64,000 nucleotides of DNA from Thermodesulfovibrionales bacterium (GCA_041082235.1 JBDOIG010000079.1:5860-69859), one strand, 5' to 3'. Shown: positions 21,716-32,080, numbered from the stretch's first letter. Notes: a model not told the origin generated them from the sequence alone. Program-made: numbers and translations.

Positions 21716-23494
21716 ATGAAAACAAAACTTACTTCCGGGTTTGAGACTTCTTATCCCTCAAAGGCATCCCTTGTCATGCCATTACTTCATCTTCTGCAAA
21801 AAAGAGAAGGTTATATTTCAGACAGGGGTATTATTGAGATATCAAATACCACAGGGCTCAGCCCGGTCTTTATAAAGGGTGTCTATACCTTTTATAGTTT
21901 TTATAATTCCAGGCCGCCTGGCAGGCATATCATTCAGATATGCAGGAATGTAGCCTGCATGACAATGGGAGCAGACATTCTTATTGAGCATCTTATTAAA
22001 AATCACGGATTTAAAGAAATCGGTCACGGGATATTCACTTATGGCCCTGAACCATCAGCTATCAGCCTTATGATAACTGAATGCATTGGCGCCTGTGGCA
22101 TCGGGCCTGCCATGCTTGTAAATGATAGCCTCATAGGAAGACTTACTAAGGAGAAAATAGATAAAATTTTAAAGGACCTCCAAGCAGACCATAGTCCTAA
22201 CCCCCAGGATAATTCTATTGATGTTTTTCCCATGAGACCAGAGAGCTATCTTTTAAGAACCCTTGATTGCATAGAGTTCTCTTCTTATAAGGCAAGGGGT
22301 GGTTATGAGGCCTTTAAAAAGGTGCTCGGCATGAAGCCAGAGCAGGTCATAGATATTATTAAGGGGTCTGGCTTGAGGGGAAGGGGTGGTGCAGGTTTTC
22401 CTACAGGGATGAAATGGGCCTTTGCAAACAAGGACCCAAAAACTCCTAAATATCTTATTATAAATGCTGATGAGGGAGAGCCAGGGACTTACAAAGACAG
22501 GGTGCTGCTTGGCAGGACCCCTCATCAGATAATTGAGGGAATGTTAATAGGTGGCTATGCAATTGGTGCATCAAGGGGGTATATTTATGTCAGATATGAG
22601 TATCCTGATGTTATTCCAGTCCTTGAGGGGGCAATAGAAGAGGCAAGGCAGGAGGGCCTTCTTGGGAAGAATATCCTTGGAAGTGGTTTTAATTTTGATA
22701 TTGCTATTCACAGGGGTGCTGGTGCCTATATCTGTGGTGAAGAGACAGCCCTTATTGAATCCATTGAAGGAAGCAGGGGCCAGCCAAGGATAAGGCCACC
22801 CTTTCCTGTCAACAGTGGATATGATGGAAAACCAACAGTTGTGAATAATGTGGAGACCATTGCTAATATACCCCTTATCCTTAATCTAGGAGTAGAGAAT
22901 TATTCAAAGATAGGCTCAAAGGAAGCACCAGGACCAAAGCTTTTTTCTATAAGCGGTGTAAAAAAACCGGGGGTCTATGAATTACCGATGGGCATAACCG
23001 TAAAAGAGATTTTGGAAATATCTGGTGGTCCCGTCTCTGGTACGATTAAGGCAATAATACCAGGTGGGCTTTCAACACCAGTGCTTACAAATGAGATGCT
23101 TGACTGCCCGATGGATTTTACAGGTCTGCAGAGATACAAAAGCATGCTCGGAACTGGTGGTTTGATGGTCTTTGGAGAGGAGACCTGTATGGTAAGGCTT
23201 GCAATGAGGGCAATGAGTTTTTACAGACATGAGTCCTGCGGTAAATGTACACCCTGCAGGGAAGGAACTGGATGGCTTGAGAATATTTTAAAGAGGATAG
23301 AAGATGGAAGGGCAAAGGAAGAAGATATCTCTTTACTGAAAGAGGTCTCAAATAACATATCAGGAAAGACCTTCTGTGCCCTTGGAGATGCTGCAGCCTG
23401 CGTTATTGGAGGAGTACTCAAATATTTTGAGGAAGAATTCAGAGAGCATATAAGGCAGGGAGGCTGTCAATTTAAAAGGGGGCCGAATGAATAA
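21716..23494 (+). CDS. nuoEF: Fused NADH-quinone oxidoreductase subunits E and F
   Basis: 592 aa in a single ORF. The N-part is NuoE-like (LLHLLQKREGYIS, 2Fe-2S ligands ICRNVAC and ECIGACG). The C-part is NuoF-like (GLRGRGGAGFPTGMKW, INADEGEPGTYKDR, ESCGKCTPCREG). Confidence 0.9.
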   Translation: MKTKLTSGFETSYPSKASLVMPLLHLLQKREGYISDRGIIEISNTTGLSPVFIKGVYTFYSFYNSRPPGRHIIQICRNVACMTMGADILIEHLIKNHGFKEIGHGIFTYGPEPSAISLMITECIGACGIGPAMLVNDSLIGRLTKEKIDKILKDLQADHSPNPQDNSIDVFPMRPESYLLRTLDCIEFSSYKARGGYEAFKKVLGMKPEQVIDIIKGSGLRGRGGAGFPTGMKWAFANKDPKTPKYLIINADEGEPGTYKDRVLLGRTPHQIIEGMLIGGYAIGASRGYIYVRYEYPDVIPVLEGAIEEARQEGLLGKNILGSGFNFDIAIHRGAGAYICGEETALIESIEGSRGQPRIRPPFPVNSGYDGKPTVVNNVETIANIPLILNLGVENYSKIGSKEAPGPKLFSISGVKKPGVYELPMGITVKEILEISGGPVSGTIKAIIPGGLSTPVLTNEMLDCPMDFTGLQRYKSMLGTGGLMVFGEETCMVRLAMRAMSFYRHESCGKCTPCREGTGWLENILKRIEDGRAKEEDISLLKEVSNNISGKTFCALGDAAACVIGGVLKYFEEEFREHIRQGGCQFKRGPNE

Positions 23495-23524
23495 CTGGAC
23501 CCCCTTGAAAATAGAAGATCTGGG

Positions 23525-26188
23525 ATGTCAGTGATGATAAGGGTAATAATAAATGAAAGGACGGTCTTTCTTCCTGAGCCAGTAACTGTCCTTGAGGCAG
23601 CAAAAAGGGCTGGTATAAAAATCCCCACACTCTGTCATCTTGAGGGATTGACTCCCTGGGGTGGTTGCAGGCTCTGCCTTGTGGAGATAGAAAAGATACC
23701 AAGACCCCAGACCGCCTGCACAACAATGGTTACTGATGGAATGGTCGTAAAAACAGAGACAGAGGATATTATAAAGGCAAGAAGGGCTGTTCTTGAATTT
23801 CTTTTGATAAATCATCCCCTGGAATGTCCTGTCTGTGACAAGGCAGGTGAATGCGAGCTCCAGGATGCTGTTTTAAAATATGGACCATCTCAGGGAAGAT
23901 TTAAAGAGGGGAAGAGGAAGTCTCCAGAGATAATAAAGGACCCATTAATTGTGAGAAACATGAAAAGGTGCATACTGTGCACCAGGTGTGTGAGGACCTG
24001 TAGAGAGCTTCAGGGTGCTGATGCGCTCTCCGTGATTAATAGAGGAGACAGAAGTGTTATAGAGCCATTCTCAGGTGAAAGGTTTGATTGTGAATACTGT
24101 GGTAATTGTCTGAGTGCCTGTCCTGTTGGCTCATTGATCTCAAGACTTCACCTTCATGAATACAGACCCTGGATGGTTGAGACAGTAGATGGTATATGTG
24201 GAATCTGCGGAGTTGGTTGCAGGATACTCATTCAGAAGCGAGGAAACAGCATAATTAGATTCTGGTCAGGTCTCGGGATGGAAGGTTATATGAATGAGCC
24301 AAATAATGGCCTTACCTGTGCAGCAGGAAGGTTTGGCTATGATTTTATTGATCACGAAAATAGACTTAGAAGTGCCTTTATACGGGTTGGAGATACAAGA
24401 TATACACTTCACCATGGAGAGGCTATCTCAAGGGCTGCAAGCTCCCTGGTTGAGATAAGAAAAAAATATGGTGCCTCTGCAATTGCAGGGATTGCAGGTG
24501 GAAGGCTTACAAATGAAGATGCCTATCTCTTTGGAAAATTAATTAGAGGTCTTGGTTCAAATAATCTTGATTCCATAGTAAGGCTTGGTTATCTCCAGAT
24601 GGAGCAATTTTTTGAAGAACTTCTTGGCCCAGGTGCCACTGCAAACAGGCTTCAGGGAATAGTTAATTCAGAGGCAATAATAGTTGCTGGTGGAGATCCC
24701 CTTTCAATAGCCCCGGTATTCGGGATTCACATAAGACAGGCCTATCTAAGGGGAGCAGATGTCCTCACAATAGGCCCCTGCCCCGGGCTTAAAAGGCACA
24801 GGACATGGCAGATTGAGGAGAAGTCTCTTATTGAACTGACAGGTCAGATATGGAAAAGCAGGGCCGGGAAGGTGGACCTCAGAGCCGGTGAGAAGCTCCT
24901 TTCTTCTCTTTCTGGATTTTTCAGCCAGCCTTCTCAAATTTCACCAGAGCATGGTCCCAAAAAAGGGGATAGCTTTTTTGGGATGCCAGAGCTATCCAGT
25001 ATAGTGGATAGCCTTTCCAGAAAGGAACTCATATCCATTGTCCTAGGAAACGGAATCCTCCAGAACAAAGAAGGGCCTCTCAACCTGTTCCTTTATGGTA
25101 TGATTGCCCTTTTGCTGGATGCAAGGGTGTATATTCTTCAGGAATCTCCAAATGAGCAGGGTCTCATAGACATGGGGATTCTTCCTGATATGCTTCCCGG
25201 AGGAAGGGATATATCCATTGATGCCTGGAGAGGTCATGTGGAGGAGATATGGGGGTTCCCTGTATCAAATGAAAAAGGCCATACCCTTTATGAGATTATG
25301 GAGCTTATTGAGGGAGGTCATATAAAGGCACTCTATATAGCTGGCATTGACCCTGTAACAGAGCTTCCAGGTGGAGGAAGAATCCAGAAGGCATTAAATA
25401 AAGTAGAACTCCTGATTGTGCAGGATCCATTCTTTACAGAGACAATGTCTCTTGCCCATATAGGCATACCTGTCAGTACATGGCCAGAGAGAGAAGGAAG
25501 TTTTACGAACTTTGAAAGAAGATTACAGTTTTTTAGAAAATCCATAGAGCCGGGATTGAAAGAAGAAATGCTCGAGGACTGGCAGATATTTAAAGAGATA
25601 GGACAACTGTCAGGCATATCAATGTCCTGTAATTCAGTAGATGAGATATGGAGAGAGATATGTACTGTCTCAGGCCTTCATAAAAACCTGAGCCCAGCAG
25701 AGCTAAAAAAGGGCTTACTCTGGCCTTACAAAGGAGAACCCCTGAGACATACTAAGCCTGTTATAGAGGAATGGCTGGATAGATTACAACCAGAAGATTA
25801 TCCTAAAGGTTTACAAAAGGAGGGTTTAAAAATATTACTTGAAAAATCTCCCCTGCTTTCTGCTACAATTAGCAGGTATTCTAAAGCCATAGGTTTAATA
25901 TCAGGAGGACCTGTTGTGAGGATGTCCTCAAAAACTAGACAGAGCCTGAATATTGAAGAGGAACTCAGGATAGCAGGTCCTTTTGGAGAAATGGGATTTC
26001 CTGTAAAGATAGATGATACTATTCCTGATGGTGTGCTCCTTGTTCCATTCTTTAAAGAGGGGAAAGGCCTTCTTTCCGTAACAGATTTCGCAATAAGTTC
26101 AATAGGTGTGCCTCTTATAGAGTTAAAATTACTCCGGTCAGGGTCCCCAAAAAATCGTCATTTTTGGGGTGCGGAGAAGGAGGAATAG
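23525..26188 (+). CDS. nuoG: NADH-quinone oxidoreductase subunit G
   Basis: 887 aa. N-terminal 2Fe-2S ferredoxin fold, HPLECPVCDKAGECELQD, CILCTRCVRTC and CEYCGNCLSACPVG, followed by a molybdopterin-oxidoreductase-like region. Alternative start at ATG 23534. Confidence 0.9.
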   Translation: MSVMIRVIINERTVFLPEPVTVLEAAKRAGIKIPTLCHLEGLTPWGGCRLCLVEIEKIPRPQTACTTMVTDGMVVKTETEDIIKARRAVLEFLLINHPLECPVCDKAGECELQDAVLKYGPSQGRFKEGKRKSPEIIKDPLIVRNMKRCILCTRCVRTCRELQGADALSVINRGDRSVIEPFSGERFDCEYCGNCLSACPVGSLISRLHLHEYRPWMVETVDGICGICGVGCRILIQKRGNSIIRFWSGLGMEGYMNEPNNGLTCAAGRFGYDFIDHENRLRSAFIRVGDTRYTLHHGEAISRAASSLVEIRKKYGASAIAGIAGGRLTNEDAYLFGKLIRGLGSNNLDSIVRLGYLQMEQFFEELLGPGATANRLQGIVNSEAIIVAGGDPLSIAPVFGIHIRQAYLRGADVLTIGPCPGLKRHRTWQIEEKSLIELTGQIWKSRAGKVDLRAGEKLLSSLSGFFSQPSQISPEHGPKKGDSFFGMPELSSIVDSLSRKELISIVLGNGILQNKEGPLNLFLYGMIALLLDARVYILQESPNEQGLIDMGILPDMLPGGRDISIDAWRGHVEEIWGFPVSNEKGHTLYEIMELIEGGHIKALYIAGIDPVTELPGGGRIQKALNKVELLIVQDPFFTETMSLAHIGIPVSTWPEREGSFTNFERRLQFFRKSIEPGLKEEMLEDWQIFKEIGQLSGISMSCNSVDEIWREICTVSGLHKNLSPAELKKGLLWPYKGEPLRHTKPVIEEWLDRLQPEDYPKGLQKEGLKILLEKSPLLSATISRYSKAIGLISGGPVVRMSSKTRQSLNIEEELRIAGPFGEMGFPVKIDDTIPDGVLLVPFFKEGKGLLSVTDFAISSIGVPLIELKLLRSGSPKNRHFWGAEKEE
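24956..24982. repeat. C/A..T/G palindromic unit inside nuoG (cccaaaaaag-gggatag-cttttttggg)
   Basis: Perfect 10-bp stem read directly. Translated as GPKKGDSFFGMP. Confidence 0.7.
26145..26169. repeat. C/A..T/G palindromic unit at the 3' end of nuoG (ccccaaaaa-atcgtca-tttttgggg)
   Basis: Perfect 9-bp stem. Translated as SPKNRHFWGAE, 6 codons before the nuoG stop and just upstream of the nuoH SD ggagaaggagg. Confidence 0.7.
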
Positions 26189-26191
26189 GTT

Positions 26192-27217
26192 ATGTTAGCC
26201 TTTATAAATGAGCCTGCAGTTTTAAATATTATCCTTGCTGTAGTGAAGTCAATAATTCTTGTTTCTGTTGCGATGTTTCATGTGGCCTATGCAACATATT
26301 TTGAAAGAAAGGCCATAGGTCACATGCAGGTCAGGATGGGGCCCATGAGGGTAGGGCCTCATGGAATACTCCAGCCCATTGCAGATATGGTAAAGCTCTT
26401 TTTTAAGGAAGATATTATCCCTGAGAAGGCTGACAGAACGGTCTTTTACTTTGCACCTGTCATATCATTTGTGGCTGCCATAAGCTCTCTTTCAGTAATC
26501 CCCTTTTATAAAGACTGGTATGTGGCAAATATCAATATCGGTCTTCTCTTTATACTCGCCATGTCTTCCCTTGGGGCCTATGGTATAGTGATGGCTGGAT
26601 GGGCATCAAACTCAAAATATGCATTCCTCGGAGGTTTAAGGTCTTCAGCACAGGTCTTAAGCTATGAGATTGCAATGGGATTGAGCCTTGTTGGAGTGAT
26701 GATAATGGCAGGTTCCCTGAATCTCAGGGAGATAGTGGAGGCACAGAGTAAATTGCCTTACGGTATGTTTGCAATTCCTCAGATACTGGGACTCTTTGTA
26801 TTTCTTGTAGCTGCCTTTGCAGAGACAAACAGATCACCCTTTGACCTTCCTGAGGCTGAAAGTGAGCTTGTTGCAGGATATTTTGCAGAATACTCTGGAT
26901 TCAGGTTTGCACTCTTTTATGCTGGTGAATATATTGCAATGATTGTAATGGCCTCTCTTCTTACAGCCTGTTATTTTGGAGGCTGGACATTGCCTCCTTT
27001 TATTTTAAAGGCCATTCCTTTGCTCGGTCTTGTGCCTGGCGCCGTCTGGTTTGTTCTAAAGGTATATTTCTTTATCTTTCTCTATTACTGGATAAGGGCG
27101 ACCCTTCCAAGATACAGGTATGACCAGCTCATGGCTATTGGCTGGAAGGTCTTAATTCCTTTAAGTCTTTTAAATATATTCATTTCTGGCACTCTCAGGA
27201 TATTGAAGGTCTTTTAG
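26192..27217 (+). CDS. nuoH: NADH-quinone oxidoreductase subunit H
   Basis: ERKAIGHMQVRMGPMRVGPHGILQPIADMVKLF and the ETNRSPFDLPEAESELVAGY signature. Confidence 0.95.
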   Translation: MLAFINEPAVLNIILAVVKSIILVSVAMFHVAYATYFERKAIGHMQVRMGPMRVGPHGILQPIADMVKLFFKEDIIPEKADRTVFYFAPVISFVAAISSLSVIPFYKDWYVANINIGLLFILAMSSLGAYGIVMAGWASNSKYAFLGGLRSSAQVLSYEIAMGLSLVGVMIMAGSLNLREIVEAQSKLPYGMFAIPQILGLFVFLVAAFAETNRSPFDLPEAESELVAGYFAEYSGFRFALFYAGEYIAMIVMASLLTACYFGGWTLPPFILKAIPLLGLVPGAVWFVLKVYFFIFLYYWIRATLPRYRYDQLMAIGWKVLIPLSLLNIFISGTLRILKVF

Positions 27218-27225
27218 GAGGATTT

Positions 27226-27843
27226 ATGAGATTAAGGGAATTTATACAGAAAGTCTTATTTGTTGAAATACTCAAGGGTATGGCCCTTACGCTGAGCAGG
27301 CTCTTTACAAGGCCTGTAACAAGACAGTATCCTGAGGAGAAAAAACAGGCATTACCAGGTTTCAGGGGGCTTCATGCCCTTGCAAGAAGGCCTGATGGAA
27401 CTGCCCGCTGTGTTGGTTGTGGCCTCTGTGCTGCCATATGTGCTTCAGAATGTATACATGTCTACACCACTGAGGGACCAGATCACCAGAAGATAGTGGA
27501 GAGATATGAGATAGAGGTCCTGAGATGTGTTTACTGTGCCCTCTGTGTGGAGGCATGCCCATTTCAGGCAATTGCCCTTACAGAACATTATGAATACGCA
27601 AATTATTCAAGGGATGACTTTTATATGACAAAGGAAAAGCTTCTTGAAAACTGGGATAAGTATATGGCCGGTAAGAAGGGAGAGGAATATTTTAAAAAAT
27701 TCTGGCATCCCCTTGAAAATGATTTCAGAGAGTATGAGGGTCAGCCAGTTTTTGACCCAGAGAGATACAAAAGGAGAAAGGGGAAGATACGGGATATCAG
27801 GGGTGAATGGTTGATTTATAAAGGAAACGGAAGGAGGCAATGA
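27226..27843 (+). CDS. nuoI: NADH-quinone oxidoreductase subunit I (with about 50-aa basic C-terminal extension)
   Basis: Two 4Fe-4S motifs, CVGCGLCAAICASECI and CVYCALCVEACPFQAI. 205 aa, longer than a typical NuoI. Confidence 0.9.
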   Translation: MRLREFIQKVLFVEILKGMALTLSRLFTRPVTRQYPEEKKQALPGFRGLHALARRPDGTARCVGCGLCAAICASECIHVYTTEGPDHQKIVERYEIEVLRCVYCALCVEACPFQAIALTEHYEYANYSRDDFYMTKEKLLENWDKYMAGKKGEEYFKKFWHPLENDFREYEGQPVFDPERYKRRKGKIRDIRGEWLIYKGNGRRQ

Positions 27844-28349
27844 TGCAGTATATATTTTTTGCCTATCTCTCAGTGGCAATAATTGGTTTATCCATTTTTA
27901 TCATTACAAGAAAGAACCCTGTCCATAGTGTCCTTGGAATGCTTTTTATGTTTATCCATGTGGGAGCCCTTTATCTATTCCTCAATGCAGAATTTATTGC
28001 CGCTGTGCAGGTAATTGTCTATGCAGGTGCAATACTTGTACTTTTTCTCTTTGCCATAATGATACTGAATATAAGAGAGGAGCTTCAGACAGAATTATTT
28101 ATTGGCTCATGGGTAATAGCAATACCTGTTGTTGCAGGGCTCGTTATAATGCTCTTTCTGGGGCTCAGGGCTGTTAAGCCAGGATATGCAGGACCGCACA
28201 ACATTGATTACATAAAAACCATGACCCATACAAAGGCATTTGGAAAGGAATTATTCATGAATTATCTCTTGCCCTTCGAGGTGGTTTCTGTTATCCTGCT
28301 TGTTGCCATGGTAGGAGCTATCGTACTTGCAAAGAGGAGGTTAAGATGA
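27840..28349 (+). CDS. nuoJ: NADH-quinone oxidoreductase subunit J
   Basis: 169 aa with 5 TM segments. Operon position and [20 protein letters not shown] motif. Confidence 0.88.
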   Translation: MMQYIFFAYLSVAIIGLSIFIITRKNPVHSVLGMLFMFIHVGALYLFLNAEFIAAVQVIVYAGAILVLFLFAIMILNIREELQTELFIGSWVIAIPVVAGLVIMLFLGLRAVKPGYAGPHNIDYIKTMTHTKAFGKELFMNYLLPFEVVSVILLVAMVGAIVLAKRRLR

Positions 28350-28648
28350 TCGAACTGAACTGGTATATATGGCTCAGCCTTATTGTTTTTACTATCGGCA
28401 TGCTTGGATTTCTTACAAGGAGGAATATCATCATAATATTTATGTCCATTGAGCTCATGCTTAATGCAGTCAATATAAATCTTGTTGCCATGAGTCATTA
28501 CATGCAGGATATGCGAGGTCAGATGCTCACACTCTTTGTGATTGCTGTTGCTGCTGCAGAGGCTGCAATAGGCCTTGCCATATTAATAGCCCTATTCAGG
28601 ACAAAGGCAGCTGGCCATGTTGATGAGGCCACTGAACTCAAGGGATAG
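28346..28648 (+). CDS. nuoK: NADH-quinone oxidoreductase subunit K
   Basis: 100 aa with 3 TM segments. [15 protein letters not shown] and [12 protein letters not shown] motifs. Confidence 0.92.
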   Translation: MIELNWYIWLSLIVFTIGMLGFLTRRNIIIIFMSIELMLNAVNINLVAMSHYMQDMRGQMLTLFVIAVAAAEAAIGLAILIALFRTKAAGHVDEATELKG

Positions 28649-28656
28649 GAGGTAAG

Positions 28657-30597
28657 ATGAGATATTATGCACTGATACCATTCTTGCCCCTCTTAGGATT
28701 TTTAATAAACATTATCTTTGGAAAGGGATTATTAAGACACAGGGCACACTGGGTCTCTGTTCCAGTGGTTGGCCTATCAATGGTTTTTGCCCTCATGACT
28801 GTCGGAGAGGTTATCTCAGGCAATGTGATCAATGAAGACCTCTATAGCTGGGTGGTCTCGGGAGATTTTAAGGTTTCTGTAGGTTTCCTCATTGACCAGC
28901 TTACAGCGGTCATGCTTGTTGTTGTTACCGTGGTGAGTTTCCTTGTCCATGTCTACTCCATAGGATATATGCATGGTGATCCTGGATTTTACAGGTTCTT
29001 TGCCTATCTCAATCTCTTTACATTCTCCATGCTCATGCTTATTATGTCAAATAATTTTCTTCAGCTTTATTTTGGCTGGGAGGCTGTTGGTCTCTGCTCT
29101 TATCTCCTCATTGGCTACTGGTATCAAAAGAAGTCTGCCTCAGATGCAGGAAAGAAGGCCTTTATAGTAAATAGATTCGGAGACTTTGGATTCGGCCTTG
29201 GAGTGATTCTTATATTCCTTACCTTCGGGACATTGCATTATGCACCTGTATTTGAAGGTGTCTCTTCAATTGCTGGCAAATCAATAATTCTTTTTGGTCA
29301 TGAGGTTGACCTCATTACCCTCATAGCACTTCTTCTTTTCTGCGGTGCAATTGGGAAATCTGCCCAGATTCCGCTTCATGTGTGGCTTCCTGATGCAATG
29401 GAAGGCCCCACCCCTGTCAGTGCCCTTATCCATGCAGCTACAATGGTTACAGCAGGTGTATTCATGGTGGCAAGGTGCAATCCCATATTCAATCTCTCAG
29501 AAATAGCAATGACAGTTGTTGCTGTGACAGGTGCAGTTACAGCACTCTTTGCAGCAACCATAGGGCTTGTCCAGAATGATATTAAAAGGATAATTGCCTA
29601 TTCAACAATAAGCCAGCTTGGCTACATGTTTCTTGCCTGTGGAGTTGGTGCCTATGGAGCAGGGATATTTCATCTCTATACCCATGCCTTTTTTAAGGCA
29701 CTGCTGTTCCTTGGTGCTGGAAGCGTTATGCATGCAATGGCAGGAGAACTTGACATATGGAAGATGGGTGGTCTGAAGAATAAACTCAAAATAACATATA
29801 TAACCATGCTCCTTGCCTCGTTGAGTATATCAGGAATACCTGGGTTTGCAGGATTTTTCAGTAAGGATGAGATACTCTATCAGACCTATTTAAAGGGTGA
29901 CCTTGGCAAGGTTCTCTGGCTCATGGGAACAGTTACAGCACTTCTTACAGCCTTTTATTCATTCAGGATAATTGCTGTTGCCTTCCATGGCAGGTTCCGT
30001 GGTACCCATGAACAGGAGCATCACCTTCATGAATCACCTCCTGTGATGACAATACCCCTTAGCCTTCTTGCAATTGGTGCGGTGGTGGCGGGATGGATAG
30101 GTATTCCTCCTATTATTGGAGAGGCCATGGGACTTCATGGTGCCTGGTTTTATGAATTCCTTTCACCAGTAGTAGGCCATCCTCATGCAGAGGGCAGTCA
30201 TTCTGCTGAGCTCATGGTTATGGCATTGAGCATTATTGTTGGTATCGCAGGAATAATCTTTGCTTTTTATCTCTATGCGGGTGATGCAGAAAGGGCCAAG
30301 GCACTTGTTACAAGACCTGTCTTAAAGAAGATACATACTGTTTTGTGGAATAAATACTATGTTGATGAGTTTTATCACCTGATTGTGGTGAGGCCTGCAC
30401 TATGGACAGCTCGGACAGTAATTGAGGCTGTAACAGATATAGGGATAATAGAGGCAATTGTTAATGGAGTGCCGAGGACCATCGGAAGGTTCTCTGAAAG
30501 ATTAAGGACTATACAGACAGGCCTTGTTAATCACTATGCTATTTTCATGGTGGGTGCTATGTTCTTTATACTGGCATTTATTTTGATATGGCTGTAA
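28657..30597 (+). CDS. nuoL: NADH-quinone oxidoreductase subunit L
   Basis: 646 aa antiporter-like subunit. YFGWEAVGLCSYLLIGYW, GKSAQIPLHVWLPDAMEGPTPVSALIHAATMV. Confidence 0.95.
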   Translation: MRYYALIPFLPLLGFLINIIFGKGLLRHRAHWVSVPVVGLSMVFALMTVGEVISGNVINEDLYSWVVSGDFKVSVGFLIDQLTAVMLVVVTVVSFLVHVYSIGYMHGDPGFYRFFAYLNLFTFSMLMLIMSNNFLQLYFGWEAVGLCSYLLIGYWYQKKSASDAGKKAFIVNRFGDFGFGLGVILIFLTFGTLHYAPVFEGVSSIAGKSIILFGHEVDLITLIALLLFCGAIGKSAQIPLHVWLPDAMEGPTPVSALIHAATMVTAGVFMVARCNPIFNLSEIAMTVVAVTGAVTALFAATIGLVQNDIKRIIAYSTISQLGYMFLACGVGAYGAGIFHLYTHAFFKALLFLGAGSVMHAMAGELDIWKMGGLKNKLKITYITMLLASLSISGIPGFAGFFSKDEILYQTYLKGDLGKVLWLMGTVTALLTAFYSFRIIAVAFHGRFRGTHEQEHHLHESPPVMTIPLSLLAIGAVVAGWIGIPPIIGEAMGLHGAWFYEFLSPVVGHPHAEGSHSAELMVMALSIIVGIAGIIFAFYLYAGDAERAKALVTRPVLKKIHTVLWNKYYVDEFYHLIVVRPALWTARTVIEAVTDIGIIEAIVNGVPRTIGRFSERLRTIQTGLVNHYAIFMVGAMFFILAFILIWL

Positions 30598-30613
30598 GTT
30601 ATGGAGGTATAGA

Positions 30614-32074
30614 ATGGGATACCCTGTTTTAAGCACAGTAATATTTCTTCCGGTAATCGGAGCACTCTTACTTCTTCTTATGGGAAGGAGGCAGGAGCTT
30701 GCTATAAAATGGTGCAGCCTTATTTTTACAGTTCTTACCTTTATTGCCTCCCTTCCATTGTTTTTAAATTTTGACAAGGCAAGAAGTGATATGCAATTTG
30801 TTGAGGTCTTTGAATGGATACCTGCATGGAATATAAAGTATTACCTCGGAGTTGATGGAATAAGTGTACTTTTTGTCCTTCTGAGTGCATTGCTCGGACC
30901 GCTCTGTGTTCTTATCTCATGGCATTCTATTAAAGATAAAGTAAAGGAATTTTATATAGCCCTCCTTCTTATTGAGGCAGCAATGATAGGCGTATTTTCA
31001 TCCCTGGACTTTTTCCTCTTTTATGTATTCTGGGAGGCAATGTTGATCCCCATGTATCTGATTATAGGTGTCTGGGGAGGCCCCAGGAGAATATATTCAG
31101 CAATAAAGTTCTTCCTCTATACCCTTGCAGGCAGCGTGCTCATGCTTGTTGGAATAATCGTGCTTTACTTTAATGGAGGTCATACCTTTGACATACTCAG
31201 CCTGATGTCTCAGAAATTTCCTTATAAACTCCAGCTCATACTTTTCTGGGCATTCTTTGCAGCCTTTGCAGTAAAGGTTCCCATGTGGCCTGTTCATACA
31301 TGGCTTCCTGATGCCCACACAGAGGCACCAACAGCTGGCAGTGTAATACTTGCCGGGATACTGATCAAGATGGGTGCATACGGATTTCTGAGATTCTCCC
31401 TGCCCCTTTTCCCTGATGCAACAAGGGCAATGGTACCAGTGATGCTTACACTTTCAGTTATAGCAATAATCTATGGTGGGGTTATATGCCTTGTACAGTC
31501 AGACCTGAAGAGGCTCATTGCCTACAGCTCGGTAAGCCATATGGGTTTTGTTACACTTGGAATATTTGCCTTAAATCAGCAGGGCCTTGAAGGTGGAATT
31601 CTTCAGATGATAAACCACGGGATTGTTACCGGGGCCTTATTCCTGCTGGTTGGAGTGATCTATGACAGGAGTCATTCAAGGGAGATATCCCATTACGGTG
31701 GAGTTGCCACTGTGCTTCCTGTATATGCAGGTTTCTTTATGGTATTTACCCTTGCCTCAATAGGACTTCCTGGACTCAACGGGTTTATTGGTGAATTTCT
31801 GATTATCCTTGGAGGATTCAAGGCATCCAAGCTTGCAGGTGCACTTGCAGCAACAGGCATAATCATAGGTGCAGCCTATATGCTCTGGCTTTATCAGAGG
31901 GTATTCTTCCAGGAGGTTAATCCCAATATAAAGGGTTATAAGGATATGGATTTAAGAGAGATAATAACCCTTGCCCCCCTTGTTGTTCTTGTGGTCTGGA
32001 TAGGTGTTTATCCAAATACCTTTTTAGGTTTTATGCATGAAAGCGTAAAGCAATTAGTTATAAAGTTACAGTAG
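30614..32074 (+). CDS. nuoM: NADH-quinone oxidoreductase subunit M
   Basis: 486 aa. VKVPMWPVHTWLPDAHTEAPTAGSVILAG and LIAYSSVSHMGF motifs. Confidence 0.95.
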   Translation: MGYPVLSTVIFLPVIGALLLLLMGRRQELAIKWCSLIFTVLTFIASLPLFLNFDKARSDMQFVEVFEWIPAWNIKYYLGVDGISVLFVLLSALLGPLCVLISWHSIKDKVKEFYIALLLIEAAMIGVFSSLDFFLFYVFWEAMLIPMYLIIGVWGGPRRIYSAIKFFLYTLAGSVLMLVGIIVLYFNGGHTFDILSLMSQKFPYKLQLILFWAFFAAFAVKVPMWPVHTWLPDAHTEAPTAGSVILAGILIKMGAYGFLRFSLPLFPDATRAMVPVMLTLSVIAIIYGGVICLVQSDLKRLIAYSSVSHMGFVTLGIFALNQQGLEGGILQMINHGIVTGALFLLVGVIYDRSHSREISHYGGVATVLPVYAGFFMVFTLASIGLPGLNGFIGEFLIILGGFKASKLAGALAATGIIIGAAYMLWLYQRVFFQEVNPNIKGYKDMDLREIITLAPLVVLVVWIGVYPNTFLGFMHESVKQLVIKLQ

Positions 32075-32080
32075 GAGGTT

